Shown: positions 8,316 through 18,274, counted from the first letter of the stretch. The stretch: 64,000 bases of DNA from an uncultured Bacteroidales bacterium (GCA_964549265.1 CAZJWE010000001.1:230-64229), one strand, 5' to 3'. The notes: generated from the letters alone by a model not told the origin. Numbers and translations: made by a program.

Positions 8316-8741
8316 ATGTTACCAAGATTAAACACAGCAATTTTTCCATCATTCATCAATGATTTATTTGATGAAGAGTTTTGGGTGAATAATGAAAATA
8401 TGAGCAAAGGCATTTCGGTACCTTCTGTCAATATTAAAGAAGGAGAAAAAGATTATACCATTGAAATTGCAGCACCCGGACTACAAAAGAAAGACTTTAA
8501 TATTGATGTAGATGGCGATACATTGACTGTATCAGCTGAGAAATCTCAAAAAGATGAAGACGAAGGAAAAAAATATACCCGCAGGGAATTCAGCTATACT
8601 AAATTCAGCAGGTCATTTAACTTTCCCGATTGGGTAAATAAAGACAAGATCGAAGCAAAATACGAAGATGGTGTTTTAAATATTAACATTCCAAAGCAAA
8701 AGGAACAGGAAAAACCTAAGAAAAAGATCAGCATTAATTAG
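8316..8741 (+). CDS. Hsp20 / alpha-crystallin family small heat-shock protein
   Basis: 141 aa. The alpha-crystallin core is VNIKEGEKDYTIEIAAPGLQKKDFNIDVDGDTLTVSAEK...YEDGVLNINIPK. Confidence 0.9.
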   Translation: MLPRLNTAIFPSFINDLFDEEFWVNNENMSKGISVPSVNIKEGEKDYTIEIAAPGLQKKDFNIDVDGDTLTVSAEKSQKDEDEGKKYTRREFSYTKFSRSFNFPDWVNKDKIEAKYEDGVLNINIPKQKEQEKPKKKISIN

Positions 8742-9116
8742 TGTTTGTTTTCTTATGTAACTACTTTTAAAACCCTTTAAACTTTCCCAAAGTATTTCTT
8801 CTTTTTATTTGTATGTAAAAAATTAAAATTAAGAGATTTTATTATCATTTTTTACTGGTTTCTAACTTTGGAAAAGTGGGCACCCACATCATTCATCCAT
8901 TCACCCAATCAACTCAATCCATTTATTGGCACTTGTGCTTTATCTCAAAGATTGCTTCGGGTAAAGCCCTCGCAATGACGGCTTTGTAGTGTTGGGCGGT
9001 GATGTATTGATGGCTACAAAAGCCAATATAACAGAACTGAAAGCTCAAAGCTGAAATCGAAGTGCTGCAAAAGTCCATAGGTATAACCACACCCATGCAC
9101 ACACCCAAATTAACAA

Positions 9117-9824
9117 TTAAAAAACTCCATACAACGAATATTTTTCCGTATTGCAATACAACGAAGAATAAATGTTAAAATAGTTTTTATTGGTTGTTAA
9201 CTTTCGTTCAAGGTGTAAGACAGGAAGACCCGGTTGGATATTCAGATGTCTGGCTACGTTTGTGCCTGCTGGAATGGCCTTAAACCGTTGTTCTCCACCT
9301 TTGATTTCAATCCCATATTCCAGTTTCAATGTTTCAAACAATGATTTATCTTCAAAAGACCTCCGGCAAAACCTCGGCACATATATATTCGGAACCATAT
9401 TTGTATCATAAAACACAGGCTCATTATTAAGCAGTCGCAACCGTTCCATGTAAATACATCCGAACTCTCTTTCACGTGCTGACAAAGGGAAAAAGAAATT
9501 TTTATCCCATTTTTTTATATGTGGTTGAACAATGATATGGGTTTTTAGGTTATTCTGACCGATTGCAGAAGTGGTACCTGTGATCGATAAAATGCCAATT
9601 TCACTTGGAATTTTGCTCACAACACTCCCTTTTCCCTGGTGTTTTTTGATATACCCTTCATTTACCAAAGCATCGAGTGCTTTGCGTACAGTAGGGCGGG
9701 TGAGGTGATGCAGGGCACACAATTCATTTTCGCTCGGCAAAATGCTGCCCTCAGGATATACCCCTTCAAGTATGTGCTTCCTTAAAAGTTCATATAATAT
9801 TCTGTATTGTGGTATCGAATGCAT
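9117..9824 (-). CDS. GntR-family transcriptional regulator (HutC-like, UTRA effector domain)
   Basis: Start moved to the ATG at 9824 (MHSIPQYRILYELLRKHILEG...). The winged HTH is LPSENELCALHHLTRPTVRKALDALVNEGYIKKHQGKGSVV, and the C-terminal part is UTRA-like. Confidence 0.8.
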   Translation of the reverse strand: MHSIPQYRILYELLRKHILEGVYPEGSILPSENELCALHHLTRPTVRKALDALVNEGYIKKHQGKGSVVSKIPSEIGILSITGTTSAIGQNNLKTHIIVQPHIKKWDKNFFFPLSAREREFGCIYMERLRLLNNEPVFYDTNMVPNIYVPRFCRRSFEDKSLFETLKLEYGIEIKGGEQRFKAIPAGTNVARHLNIQPGLPVLHLERKLTTNKNYFNIYSSLYCNTEKYSLYGVF

Positions 9825-9847
9825 TTTGTTTTGTATTTGAAAAAAAT

Positions 9848-9865
9848 AACTTGTAATTACAAGTT
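9848..9865. promoter_or_regulatory. candidate GntR operator 1 (perfect 18-bp palindrome)
   Basis: AACTTGTAATTACAAGTT, 24-41 bp upstream of the regulator ATG and abutting a TATTTTTT -7-like box on the minus strand. Confidence 0.55.
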
Positions 9866-9943
9866 GTATGTTAAATGATTGCAATATAATCAAAATATTG
9901 ATATATCAAGAAAAGAATTAATAAAAATTTAACAAAAAAAATG

Positions 9944-9957
9944 CTTGTATATACAAG
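9944..9957. promoter_or_regulatory. candidate GntR operator 2 (perfect 14-bp palindrome)
   Basis: CTTGTATATACAAG has the same CTTGTAwwTACAAG core as operator 1. It lies 17-30 nt upstream of the TATTTTTG -7 box at 9974-9981 preceding the E2 gene. Confidence 0.55.
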
Positions 9958-10010
9958 TTAATGATTTTTTTATTATTTTTGGAAACAAATAATCTTAAAA
10001 ATAATATGCT

Positions 10011-11354
10011 ATGGCCGTACCGGTAATCATGCCCAAACAGGGACAATCAGTAGAAACCTGTGTCATCAACGAATGGTATAAAAAAGTAGGTGATAAAGTA
10101 AAAAAAGGAGATATTCTATTTTCATATGAGACAGATAAAGCTTCATTTGAAGAGGAATCGCCGGAAGAAGGCATAATGCTTGCTCAATTTTTTGAAGAGG
10201 GAGATGAGGTTCCCGTTTTGGTTAATGTTGCAGTCATCGGTAATGAAGGCGAAAAAGTTGAGGAGTTTAAGCCACAGGATGGCGATGCCAAAGAAGAAGT
10301 TCAACAAGCTCCTGAACAACAAGAAGAACCCTCACAAACTCATGAAATAACTGTACAGGAACAGGCTGTTCCTGCTACATCTGTGCAACAAGGAGAAATC
10401 AAGATATCCCCCAGAGCAAAAAAAATTGCTCAACATAAAGGTGTACCCATACAAAACCTTCAAGGTACAGGTCCGGAAGGCCGTATCATTGAAAGAGACA
10501 TTGAACATTATCTCCAGTCAGGTGGAGCGGTTACCACACCTCTTGCTGAAGCAGTGAGCAAAGATACCGGCCTACAAGCCCCTGCACAGGGAACCGGCGC
10601 AGGAAACCGGGTGCGTAAAGAAGATCTTACGGAAACAACAGGTGCTGGCGTAACTGGTGATGTTGAAATAAAGAAATTATCCAATATGCGGAAGATCATT
10701 GCAGAAAAAATGCACCAGTCATTACAAAACTCAGCACAGTTAACCCATCATTCCAGCGCTGATGCACGCAATATCATGAATTTACGGAAAAAAGTGAAAG
10801 CAGAAGCAGAAAAAGGGAATTCTGAAAACATTACCTTGAATGACATGGTGTGCTTTGCCGTTATCAAAGCATTGCAAAAATATCCTGAAATGAATGCCCA
10901 TTTTTTGGGAAATGAAATGAGGATATTTAAAAATGTACATCTGGGGATGGCTGTTAATACAGACCGCGGGTTAATGGTGCCCACATTAAAAAATGCTAAC
11001 CATTTTTCACTTCCGGGATTATCTGCACAACTTAAAATGATGGCAACAGCCTGTCAGAAAGGCAGCATAGATCCTGAGCTATTATCCAGTGAAAGTGCAT
11101 CATTCACTGTTTCAAACTTAGGTGTATATGGCATTGAAATGTTTACGCCTGTATTAAATATCCCACAGGTTGGCATACTGGGGATTAACACAATCACACA
11201 CCGGCCAGGGAACATTGGAGACGGAACCATAGGATTTGTTCCACGAATAGGCATATCGCTTACCTATGACCACAGGGCAGTTGACGGAGCTCCTGCTTCT
11301 CAGTTCCTGAAAGAAATTGCAACACAAATAGAACAAATAACTATAAATTCCTAA
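10011..11354 (+). CDS. 2-oxoacid dehydrogenase complex E2 (dihydrolipoamide acyltransferase)
   Basis: Lipoyl domain (ETDKASFEEESPEEG), E3-binding domain (ISPRAKKIAQHKGV), catalytic domain with LTYDHRAVDGA. Confidence 0.9.
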   Translation: MAVPVIMPKQGQSVETCVINEWYKKVGDKVKKGDILFSYETDKASFEEESPEEGIMLAQFFEEGDEVPVLVNVAVIGNEGEKVEEFKPQDGDAKEEVQQAPEQQEEPSQTHEITVQEQAVPATSVQQGEIKISPRAKKIAQHKGVPIQNLQGTGPEGRIIERDIEHYLQSGGAVTTPLAEAVSKDTGLQAPAQGTGAGNRVRKEDLTETTGAGVTGDVEIKKLSNMRKIIAEKMHQSLQNSAQLTHHSSADARNIMNLRKKVKAEAEKGNSENITLNDMVCFAVIKALQKYPEMNAHFLGNEMRIFKNVHLGMAVNTDRGLMVPTLKNANHFSLPGLSAQLKMMATACQKGSIDPELLSSESASFTVSNLGVYGIEMFTPVLNIPQVGILGINTITHRPGNIGDGTIGFVPRIGISLTYDHRAVDGAPASQFLKEIATQIEQITINS

Positions 11355-11364
11355 AACAATTATT

Positions 11365-12723
11365 ATGATATATGATGTTGGAATCATTGGCGGAGGCCCG
11401 GCTGGATATGTTGCTGCTGAAAGGGCAGGACAAAAAGGACTCAAAGCAATACTTTTCGAAAAATCCAGCCTTGGAGGTGTTTGTCTGAATGTGGGCTGCA
11501 TCCCCACAAAAACATTGCTATATACGGCCAAACTCTATGAACATGCCAAAGAAGGCGATAAATATGGCATCAAAGCCGGGGATGTGAGCTTTGACTTTGG
11601 TAAAATCATGAAACGTAAAAATAAAGTGGTCAAAAAACTCGTGGCAGGTATTGGGAGTGCCATGAAAAAATACAACGTAGAAGTTGTAAATGCAGAAGCC
11701 GAAATCAAAAAGAAAGACGGAGAAAATAGTATAATCAGTGCCGATGGGAATGATTATACATGCAAAAATCTCATGATCGCCACAGGCTCTGAACCTATCA
11801 TACCCCCCATCAAAGGATTGGACCGAAATGACATTTATACCAACAAAGAAATACTTGATATCAAAGAAATGCCTGAAGAACTCACCATTATTGGAGCAGG
11901 GTACATAGGCGTTGAATTTGCCAATTTTTTTGGAAGCATGGGAGCGAAAGTTACTGTGATAGAAATGTTGGATGAAATATTGCCGGGCATTGACCAGGAA
12001 ATGAGCAAAATGCTTAGAAAAGAATTAGAAAAGAAAGGCATTGAATTTAAACTGGGCTCTAAAGTAATAGAAAAGAAAAACAATTCATTAACCATTGAAA
12101 AAGATGGCAAAACAGAGAATATAAAAACAAAACATGTATTGGTGAGTGTAGGACGTAAACCCGTTGTCAATGGATACGGACTTGAGAATATCGGTGTTGA
12201 GCACGATGGCAAAAGCATTAAGGTTGATAAATATTGTCAGACCAATATTCCCAATGTCTATGCTGTAGGCGATGTGAATGGACGTTCACTATTGGCTCAC
12301 ACAGCAAGCCGTGAAGGCGAAGTGGTGGTGGATAATATTACCGGAAAAAAGACAGTCATGCGATACAATGCAGTCCCCGGAGTCGTTTACACCAATCCTG
12401 AAATTGCAACAGTAGGTATTACTGAGCAACAAGCCAAAGAACAAAATATTTCTTATGATGTAAGCTCACTTCCCATGACATATGCAGGAAGATTTATGGC
12501 CGAAAATGAGGGCTTTAACGGCTTGGCAAAAGTCATCACCGGAAAAAAATATGGAGAAATACTGGGAGTACATATGATTGGTAATCCAAGCTCCGAATTT
12601 ATTTATGGAGCAGCCATGGCCATAGAAATGGAGATGAGGATTCAGGATCTAAGCGATGTGATATTCCCTCATCCCACTGTTTCGGAGATATTTAAAGAAA
12701 CAGTAGTCTCATTAAATGACTAA
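11365..12723 (+). CDS. lpdA: dihydrolipoyl dehydrogenase (E3)
   Basis: GGGPAGY FAD motif, redox disulfide GGVCLNVGCIPTK, C-terminal HPTVSE. Confidence 0.9.
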   Translation: MIYDVGIIGGGPAGYVAAERAGQKGLKAILFEKSSLGGVCLNVGCIPTKTLLYTAKLYEHAKEGDKYGIKAGDVSFDFGKIMKRKNKVVKKLVAGIGSAMKKYNVEVVNAEAEIKKKDGENSIISADGNDYTCKNLMIATGSEPIIPPIKGLDRNDIYTNKEILDIKEMPEELTIIGAGYIGVEFANFFGSMGAKVTVIEMLDEILPGIDQEMSKMLRKELEKKGIEFKLGSKVIEKKNNSLTIEKDGKTENIKTKHVLVSVGRKPVVNGYGLENIGVEHDGKSIKVDKYCQTNIPNVYAVGDVNGRSLLAHTASREGEVVVDNITGKKTVMRYNAVPGVVYTNPEIATVGITEQQAKEQNISYDVSSLPMTYAGRFMAENEGFNGLAKVITGKKYGEILGVHMIGNPSSEFIYGAAMAIEMEMRIQDLSDVIFPHPTVSEIFKETVVSLND

Positions 12724-12766
12724 CATTTACAAAATAAAAAAAATAATAACCAAAAAATAAAGAATC

Positions 12767-15235
12767 ATGCCTAAAACACAATTCATTGATCCGGCAAAAG
12801 CAAGAAAAAAAACAGAAATTTCATTTGGAACAATACCGGTAAACCATTATAATAAAAGCATTGAAGATGAAAAAGAAAACTTCTCAAAAGAAGATTTGAT
12901 TAGAATTTACAGAGATATGGTCATCATCCGTGAGTTTGAGACCATGCTGAATGCTATTAAAACCACCTTTGAATACAATGGTGTGAAATACAATCATCCC
13001 GGCCCTGCGCATTTATCAATCGGACAAGAAGCCTCTGCTGTAGGAATGGCATATAACCTCGGTATTGACGATTATATTTTTGGTTCACACAGAAGCCATG
13101 GGGAAATCATTGCCAAAGGACTTTCAGCCATTGAAAAACTCGATGACAAAGCACTGTCTCAGATTATGAATGAATACTTTGACGGGGATATCGTAAAAGT
13201 AGTTGAAAAAAGTCAAAAAGGCTCTGTTAAAGAACTGGCCATTGACTTTTTATTATATGGAACCCTTGCTGAGATATTTGCACGAAAAAATGGGTTCAAC
13301 AGAGGACTCGGTGGCTCTATGCATGCTTTCTTTACTCCATTTGGCGTATATCCGAACAATGCCATCGTGGGTGGATCGGGTGATATCTCGGTCGGTGCAG
13401 CTCTTTATAAAAAAGTAAACCAAAAATCCGGACTGGTTGTCTGTAATATTGGCGATGCTTCATTAGGTTGCGGGCCTGTTTGGGAAGGGATTACATTTGC
13501 TACCATGTCACAATTCCGCACTTTATGGGAAGAAGGTTATAATGGTGGATTGCCCCTGATTTTTAACTTTATGAATAATCAATATGGCATGGGCGGCCAA
13601 ACCGAAGGCGAAACAATGGGATATGATTTCTTAGCCAGGTTAGGTGCAGGTGTAAATAAAGAAATGATGCATTCCGAACGTGTATATGGATATGACCCAT
13701 TAGCAGTGATCGACGCATTTAAACGGAAAAAACAAATTTTAGAAGAACGTAAAGGCCCTGTATTGCTCGATACACTTACATATAGAATATCAGGACATTC
13801 TCCATCAGATGCTTCTTCTTACAGGACAAAAGAAGAAATTGAAGCATGGCAAAATGCCGATTCCATTAAAGAATATGGAGAAAAACTTGTGAAAGCAGGT
13901 ATTGCTACTGAAAATGAGCTCAATACTATAAAAGAAAACACAACACAACAAATCACTAAAATATTAAAACTCTCCATTGATGATACGGTTTCTCCACGGC
14001 TCGACCTTGATAATAATCCGGAAGCCATTGCGGAAATGATGTTCTCCAATGAATCCAAAGATAAAATGGAAGACAGAAAACCAGACAGCCTTATTCCTTA
14101 TGAAGAAAACCCACGGGTTAAACAAATAAAAAAGAAAGAACGATTTGGACTGGATGCAAACGGCAAGCCTTTTTCCAAAGTAAAAACGTACCAATTGCGT
14201 GATGGTATATTTGAAGCTATTATTGACCGTTTTTATAAAGACCCGACATTGGTGGCGTATGGAGAAGAAAATCGTGACTGGGGAGGTGCTTTTGCTGTTT
14301 ACCGCGGCTTAACAGAAGCCATGCCATACCACAGGTTATTCAATTCACCAATTTCAGAAGGTGCTATTGCCGGAACAGCAGTAGGATATGCCATGGCAGG
14401 TGGCCGGGTGATTGCAGAGATCATGTATTGCGATTTCATAGGCAGGGCAGGGGACGAGATATTCAACCAGCTTCCCAAATGGCAAGCTATGAGTGGTAAT
14501 GTCATTAAAATGCCTGTAGTGATCAGGGTTTCGGTTGGTTCTAAATATGGTGCACAGCACTCACAAGATTTCTCTTCTATTGTGGCTCACATACCTGGTT
14601 TAAAAGTAGTATTCCCGGTTACTCCTTATGATGCAAAAGGCCTCATGAACAGTGCATTACAAGGAACAGACCCGGTAATCTTCTTTGAAAGCCAACGTAT
14701 TTATGACATCGGGGAATTATTCCATGAAGACGGTGTACCAGAAGAATATTATGAAATACCTTTCGGTGAGCCTGATATCAAGCGAAAAGGTGATGATGTG
14801 ACCATCGTCTCAATCGGTTCAACATTATATCGTGCCCTGGAAGCAGCAGAAATATTACAAGAACAATACAACATATCAGCTGAAGTCATTGATGCCAGGT
14901 CTATTGTACCTTTTAACTACGAGCCGGTCATCGAATCATTGAAAAAGACAGGAAAAATTGTTTTCACCAGCGATGCATCTGAACGTAATTCATTCTTAAA
15001 AGACATGGCAGAAAACATTACAGAACTGGCATTTGATGAACTGGATGCCCCTCCTGTGGTAGTGGGGGCAAAAAACTGGATTACACCAGCCAAAGAGCAT
15101 GAACACTTTTTCTTCCCTGAAAAAGAATGGATTGTAGATGCAATACATCAAAAAATTATGCCACTTAAAGGGCATACACCCAAGCATAATTATACCGCCA
15201 ATGAACAACTCCGGAAAGCAAAAAGAGGAATTTAA
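12767..15235 (+). CDS. TPP-dependent 2-oxoacid dehydrogenase E1 with alpha and beta subunits fused
   Basis: 822 aa. The N-terminal half is E1-alpha-like (GQEASAVG, GGSMH, TPP-binding GDASLGCG...NNQYG, YRISGHS). The C-terminal half is E1-beta-like (FNSPISEGAIAGTAVGYAMAG, GAQHSQ). Confidence 0.85.
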   Translation: MPKTQFIDPAKARKKTEISFGTIPVNHYNKSIEDEKENFSKEDLIRIYRDMVIIREFETMLNAIKTTFEYNGVKYNHPGPAHLSIGQEASAVGMAYNLGIDDYIFGSHRSHGEIIAKGLSAIEKLDDKALSQIMNEYFDGDIVKVVEKSQKGSVKELAIDFLLYGTLAEIFARKNGFNRGLGGSMHAFFTPFGVYPNNAIVGGSGDISVGAALYKKVNQKSGLVVCNIGDASLGCGPVWEGITFATMSQFRTLWEEGYNGGLPLIFNFMNNQYGMGGQTEGETMGYDFLARLGAGVNKEMMHSERVYGYDPLAVIDAFKRKKQILEERKGPVLLDTLTYRISGHSPSDASSYRTKEEIEAWQNADSIKEYGEKLVKAGIATENELNTIKENTTQQITKILKLSIDDTVSPRLDLDNNPEAIAEMMFSNESKDKMEDRKPDSLIPYEENPRVKQIKKKERFGLDANGKPFSKVKTYQLRDGIFEAIIDRFYKDPTLVAYGEENRDWGGAFAVYRGLTEAMPYHRLFNSPISEGAIAGTAVGYAMAGGRVIAEIMYCDFIGRAGDEIFNQLPKWQAMSGNVIKMPVVIRVSVGSKYGAQHSQDFSSIVAHIPGLKVVFPVTPYDAKGLMNSALQGTDPVIFFESQRIYDIGELFHEDGVPEEYYEIPFGEPDIKRKGDDVTIVSIGSTLYRALEAAEILQEQYNISAEVIDARSIVPFNYEPVIESLKKTGKIVFTSDASERNSFLKDMAENITELAFDELDAPPVVVGAKNWITPAKEHEHFFFPEKEWIVDAIHQKIMPLKGHTPKHNYTANEQLRKAKRGI

Positions 15236-15308
15236 ATGTGAAAAATTCATAATAAACATTAAATTTGCCTTGAATTTTTATTAATTATAATGTATAAAAT
15301 TTAATACA

Positions 15309-16634
15309 ATGAAAATTACTGTTCTTGGAGTTGGTTATGTGGGATTGGTTACCGGTACTTGTTTTTCTGAAACCGGGGTTGATGTAATGTGCGTGGATAT
15401 TGACCCGGATAAAATTGAAAAATTAAAACAGGGGATCATTCCGATTTATGAGCCGGGGTTGCCTAAAATGTTGCAAAACAATATAGATAAGGGACGTCTT
15501 AAATTTACAACCAAAATAAAAGAAGGCATAAAAGACTCCGAAGCAGTATTCATTTGTGTAGGAACCCCATCTGACGAAGACGGAAGCGCTGATTTGAAAT
15601 ATGTATTAGAAGTGGCGAAACAAATTGGCCAGGAAATCAATCAATACATGGTTGTTGTCACCAAAAGCACTGTCCCTGTGGGCACATCTGAAAAAGTAAG
15701 AACAGTCATCAAAGCAGAACTTGAGAAACGAAATTCTGATATTCAATTTGATGTTGCTTCTAATCCTGAATTTCTAAAAGAAGGTGATGCAGTTGAAGAT
15801 TTTTTGCGCCCGGACAGGATTGTCATCGGCACAGACAGCCCAAAAGCAGAAAACACCTTAAGTCGGTTGTACAAACCATTTTTGTTAAATCAGCATCCGA
15901 TCCTGTATATGGATATACCGTCGGCTGAAATGACTAAATATGCAGCTAATGCGATGCTTGCAACAAAGATCAGCTTCATGAATGACCTGGCAAACTTATG
16001 CGAAAAACTCGGGGCAGACATCAATTTTGTCAGAAAAGGCATTGGCTCCGATCCGCGTATTGGGAATAAATTTATATATCCAGGCACAGGATATGGAGGC
16101 TCTTGTTTTCCTAAAGATGTGAAAGCATTGATCAATACAGGTAAGATAAACCAATACGACTTGAAAATATTACAAGCTGTTGATGTAGTCAATGATATTC
16201 AGAAAAAAGTCCTGGTCAAAAAGATCATGGAACATTTTAATAATGATATCAATGGCAAAACATTCGGGATTTGGGGATTGTCATTTAAACCGCATACAGA
16301 TGATACCAGGGAATCGCCTGCTATTGTCATCATCAATGAATTGTTGGCCAACGGGGCCAATGTGAAAGCATACGACCCTGTCGCAATGAGTGAGAGTAGA
16401 AAAATATTGAATGATAAAATAGTGTATGGCAAAGACCAGTATGATGTGGTGATTGATGCAGATGCCATGATTCTGGTCACTGAATGGGAAGAATTCAGAA
16501 TGCCCAATTTTCCGGTGTTAACACGTTTAATGAAAAACAAATTGATATTTGACGGACGGAATATTTATGATCCTGAAGAAATGGAAGAAGAAGGGTTTAC
16601 ATATTATTGTATTGGAAGAAAGAGAGTAGGGTAG
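15309..16634 (+). CDS. ugd: UDP-glucose 6-dehydrogenase
   Basis: N-terminal GVGYVGL Rossmann motif and catalytic GGSCFPKDV. Confidence 0.9.
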   Translation: MKITVLGVGYVGLVTGTCFSETGVDVMCVDIDPDKIEKLKQGIIPIYEPGLPKMLQNNIDKGRLKFTTKIKEGIKDSEAVFICVGTPSDEDGSADLKYVLEVAKQIGQEINQYMVVVTKSTVPVGTSEKVRTVIKAELEKRNSDIQFDVASNPEFLKEGDAVEDFLRPDRIVIGTDSPKAENTLSRLYKPFLLNQHPILYMDIPSAEMTKYAANAMLATKISFMNDLANLCEKLGADINFVRKGIGSDPRIGNKFIYPGTGYGGSCFPKDVKALINTGKINQYDLKILQAVDVVNDIQKKVLVKKIMEHFNNDINGKTFGIWGLSFKPHTDDTRESPAIVIINELLANGANVKAYDPVAMSESRKILNDKIVYGKDQYDVVIDADAMILVTEWEEFRMPNFPVLTRLMKNKLIFDGRNIYDPEEMEEEGFTYYCIGRKRVG

Positions 16635-16831
16635 TAGTGGAGTGTTCTATTGTGATATTATTACTGGTTTTACTGCATATTTAGTGGAAACCATATCCTG
16701 AGTATTCAGTATTCTAAAACAAACACTATTTCCACAAAAATTGCAATAGTACCATATCAACTAATAAATTACAGGAATAGTTATACAAAGATATAGAAGT
16801 AACACATAACACAATTCACGCAATCAAAAAA

Positions 16832-18238
16832 CTATTCCGGAAAATCAAAATAATTCTTAGCATTAAAATAGCAAATGTCTTCTACTACTTTTCCTAAAAA
16901 TTCCATGTCATCAGGGAATTCTCCATTTTCAACATCCTGTCCGATCAGGTTGCATAAAATTCGCCTGAAATATTCATGACGCGGGAATGAGAGAAAACTT
17001 CTTGAATCGGTGAGCATGCCGACAAACCGGCTCAATAAACCCAATTGCGATAAGGTGTTCAATTGTTCGATGATCCCTTCTTTTTGGTCTAAAAACCACC
17101 ATCCTGAGCCCCATTGCATTTTTCCGGGAATGCTGCCATCCTGAAAATTTCCGATCATGGTTGCCATGATAGCATTATCAGAAGGGTTCAGATTATAAAC
17201 AATGGTTTTTGTCAACTTTTTTTCCTGGTCAAGGCGGTCAAAAAATCTTGACATGGGCCTTGCTATTTCATACGAGCCAATAGAATCAAATCCAATGTCC
17301 GCGCCGCGTTGTTTGTGCATCAGGGTGTTGTTGTTTCGCATTGCACCCACATGGTATTGTTGTGTCCATCCTTTTTCATGGTCCATCACAGCAAACTCAT
17401 ACAGCATGGCAGATTTGAATTTTTCGATTTCAGTACTGTCCAATTCTTTTTTGCTGCGTACTTTCTTGAATATCTTTTCTATTTCAGATTCTGTATATTC
17501 TGTTGCATGCATGGTTTCCAGGCCGTGGTCAGACAAACGGCTGCCTTGTTCGTGGAAAAAATCATGGCGTATGCGCAGGGCCTCAAGAAGGTCTTTATAA
17601 CTCCTGATATCCATATCAGCTGATTTTGCTAATTTGTCAACATATTGGTTGTATATCTCTGTATCTTCCACTTTCATCGAAGCATCGGGACGCCAGGCCG
17701 GATATACTTTCTTTTCAAACTGATCAGCTTTGATTTTGTGATGATGCTCAAGTGAATCAGCCGGGTCATCTGTTGTACATACCGATTCAACATTCATTTT
17801 ACGAAGAATGTTCCTGACCGAAAATTCGTTACTTCTCAATTTTTCTGTGGCTTCGTCATATATTTCTCTGGCTGTATAGGGATTGAGGATTTTGTCAATG
17901 CCTAATGGATTTTTCAATTCAAGGTGTGACCAATGATATAAGGGATTTCGCATTAAGTAAGGCATTGTTTTGGCGAACTGTTCAAATTTTTCCCAATCGC
18001 CTGCATCGCCTGTGCAGTATTTTTCATCTATCCCATTGGTGCGCATGGCACGCCATTTATAATGGTCGTTGCCAAGCCATACCTGCCCGATATTATCAAA
18101 ATTCTTGTCTTCTGCAATTTCATCGGGAGGAAGATGGCAGTGATAATCTATAATAGGTAAGTCAGCTGCATGACGGTGATATAATGTTTGAGCTGTTTTA
18201 TTGTGAAGCATAAAATGTTTATCCATGAATTTTTTCAT
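16832..18238 (-). CDS. uxaC: glucuronate isomerase
   Basis: 468 aa with PIIDYHCHL, NDHYKWRAMR and WWFLDQKEG, typical UxaC signatures. Confidence 0.9.
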   Translation of the reverse strand: MKKFMDKHFMLHNKTAQTLYHRHAADLPIIDYHCHLPPDEIAEDKNFDNIGQVWLGNDHYKWRAMRTNGIDEKYCTGDAGDWEKFEQFAKTMPYLMRNPLYHWSHLELKNPLGIDKILNPYTAREIYDEATEKLRSNEFSVRNILRKMNVESVCTTDDPADSLEHHHKIKADQFEKKVYPAWRPDASMKVEDTEIYNQYVDKLAKSADMDIRSYKDLLEALRIRHDFFHEQGSRLSDHGLETMHATEYTESEIEKIFKKVRSKKELDSTEIEKFKSAMLYEFAVMDHEKGWTQQYHVGAMRNNNTLMHKQRGADIGFDSIGSYEIARPMSRFFDRLDQEKKLTKTIVYNLNPSDNAIMATMIGNFQDGSIPGKMQWGSGWWFLDQKEGIIEQLNTLSQLGLLSRFVGMLTDSRSFLSFPRHEYFRRILCNLIGQDVENGEFPDDMEFLGKVVEDICYFNAKNYFDFPE

Positions 18239-18258
18239 AGGTCATATAATTTAAATAA

Positions 18259-18274
18259 GTGTTACAAGTAACAC
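18259..18274. promoter_or_regulatory. palindrome GTGTTAC-AA-GTAACAC upstream of uxaC
   Basis: 7-bp perfect arms, 21-36 nt upstream of the uxaC ATG. A second palindrome TGACATGTCA lies at 18303-18312. Confidence 0.35.

Noticed and set aside
8923-9156. A 77-aa minus-strand ORF in the hsp20/gntR gap.
   Set aside because: It overlaps the 3' end of the GntR gene, has Cys/Phe-rich non-protein-like sequence and has no plausible start context. I treated the region as non-coding (see finding at 8865-9110).
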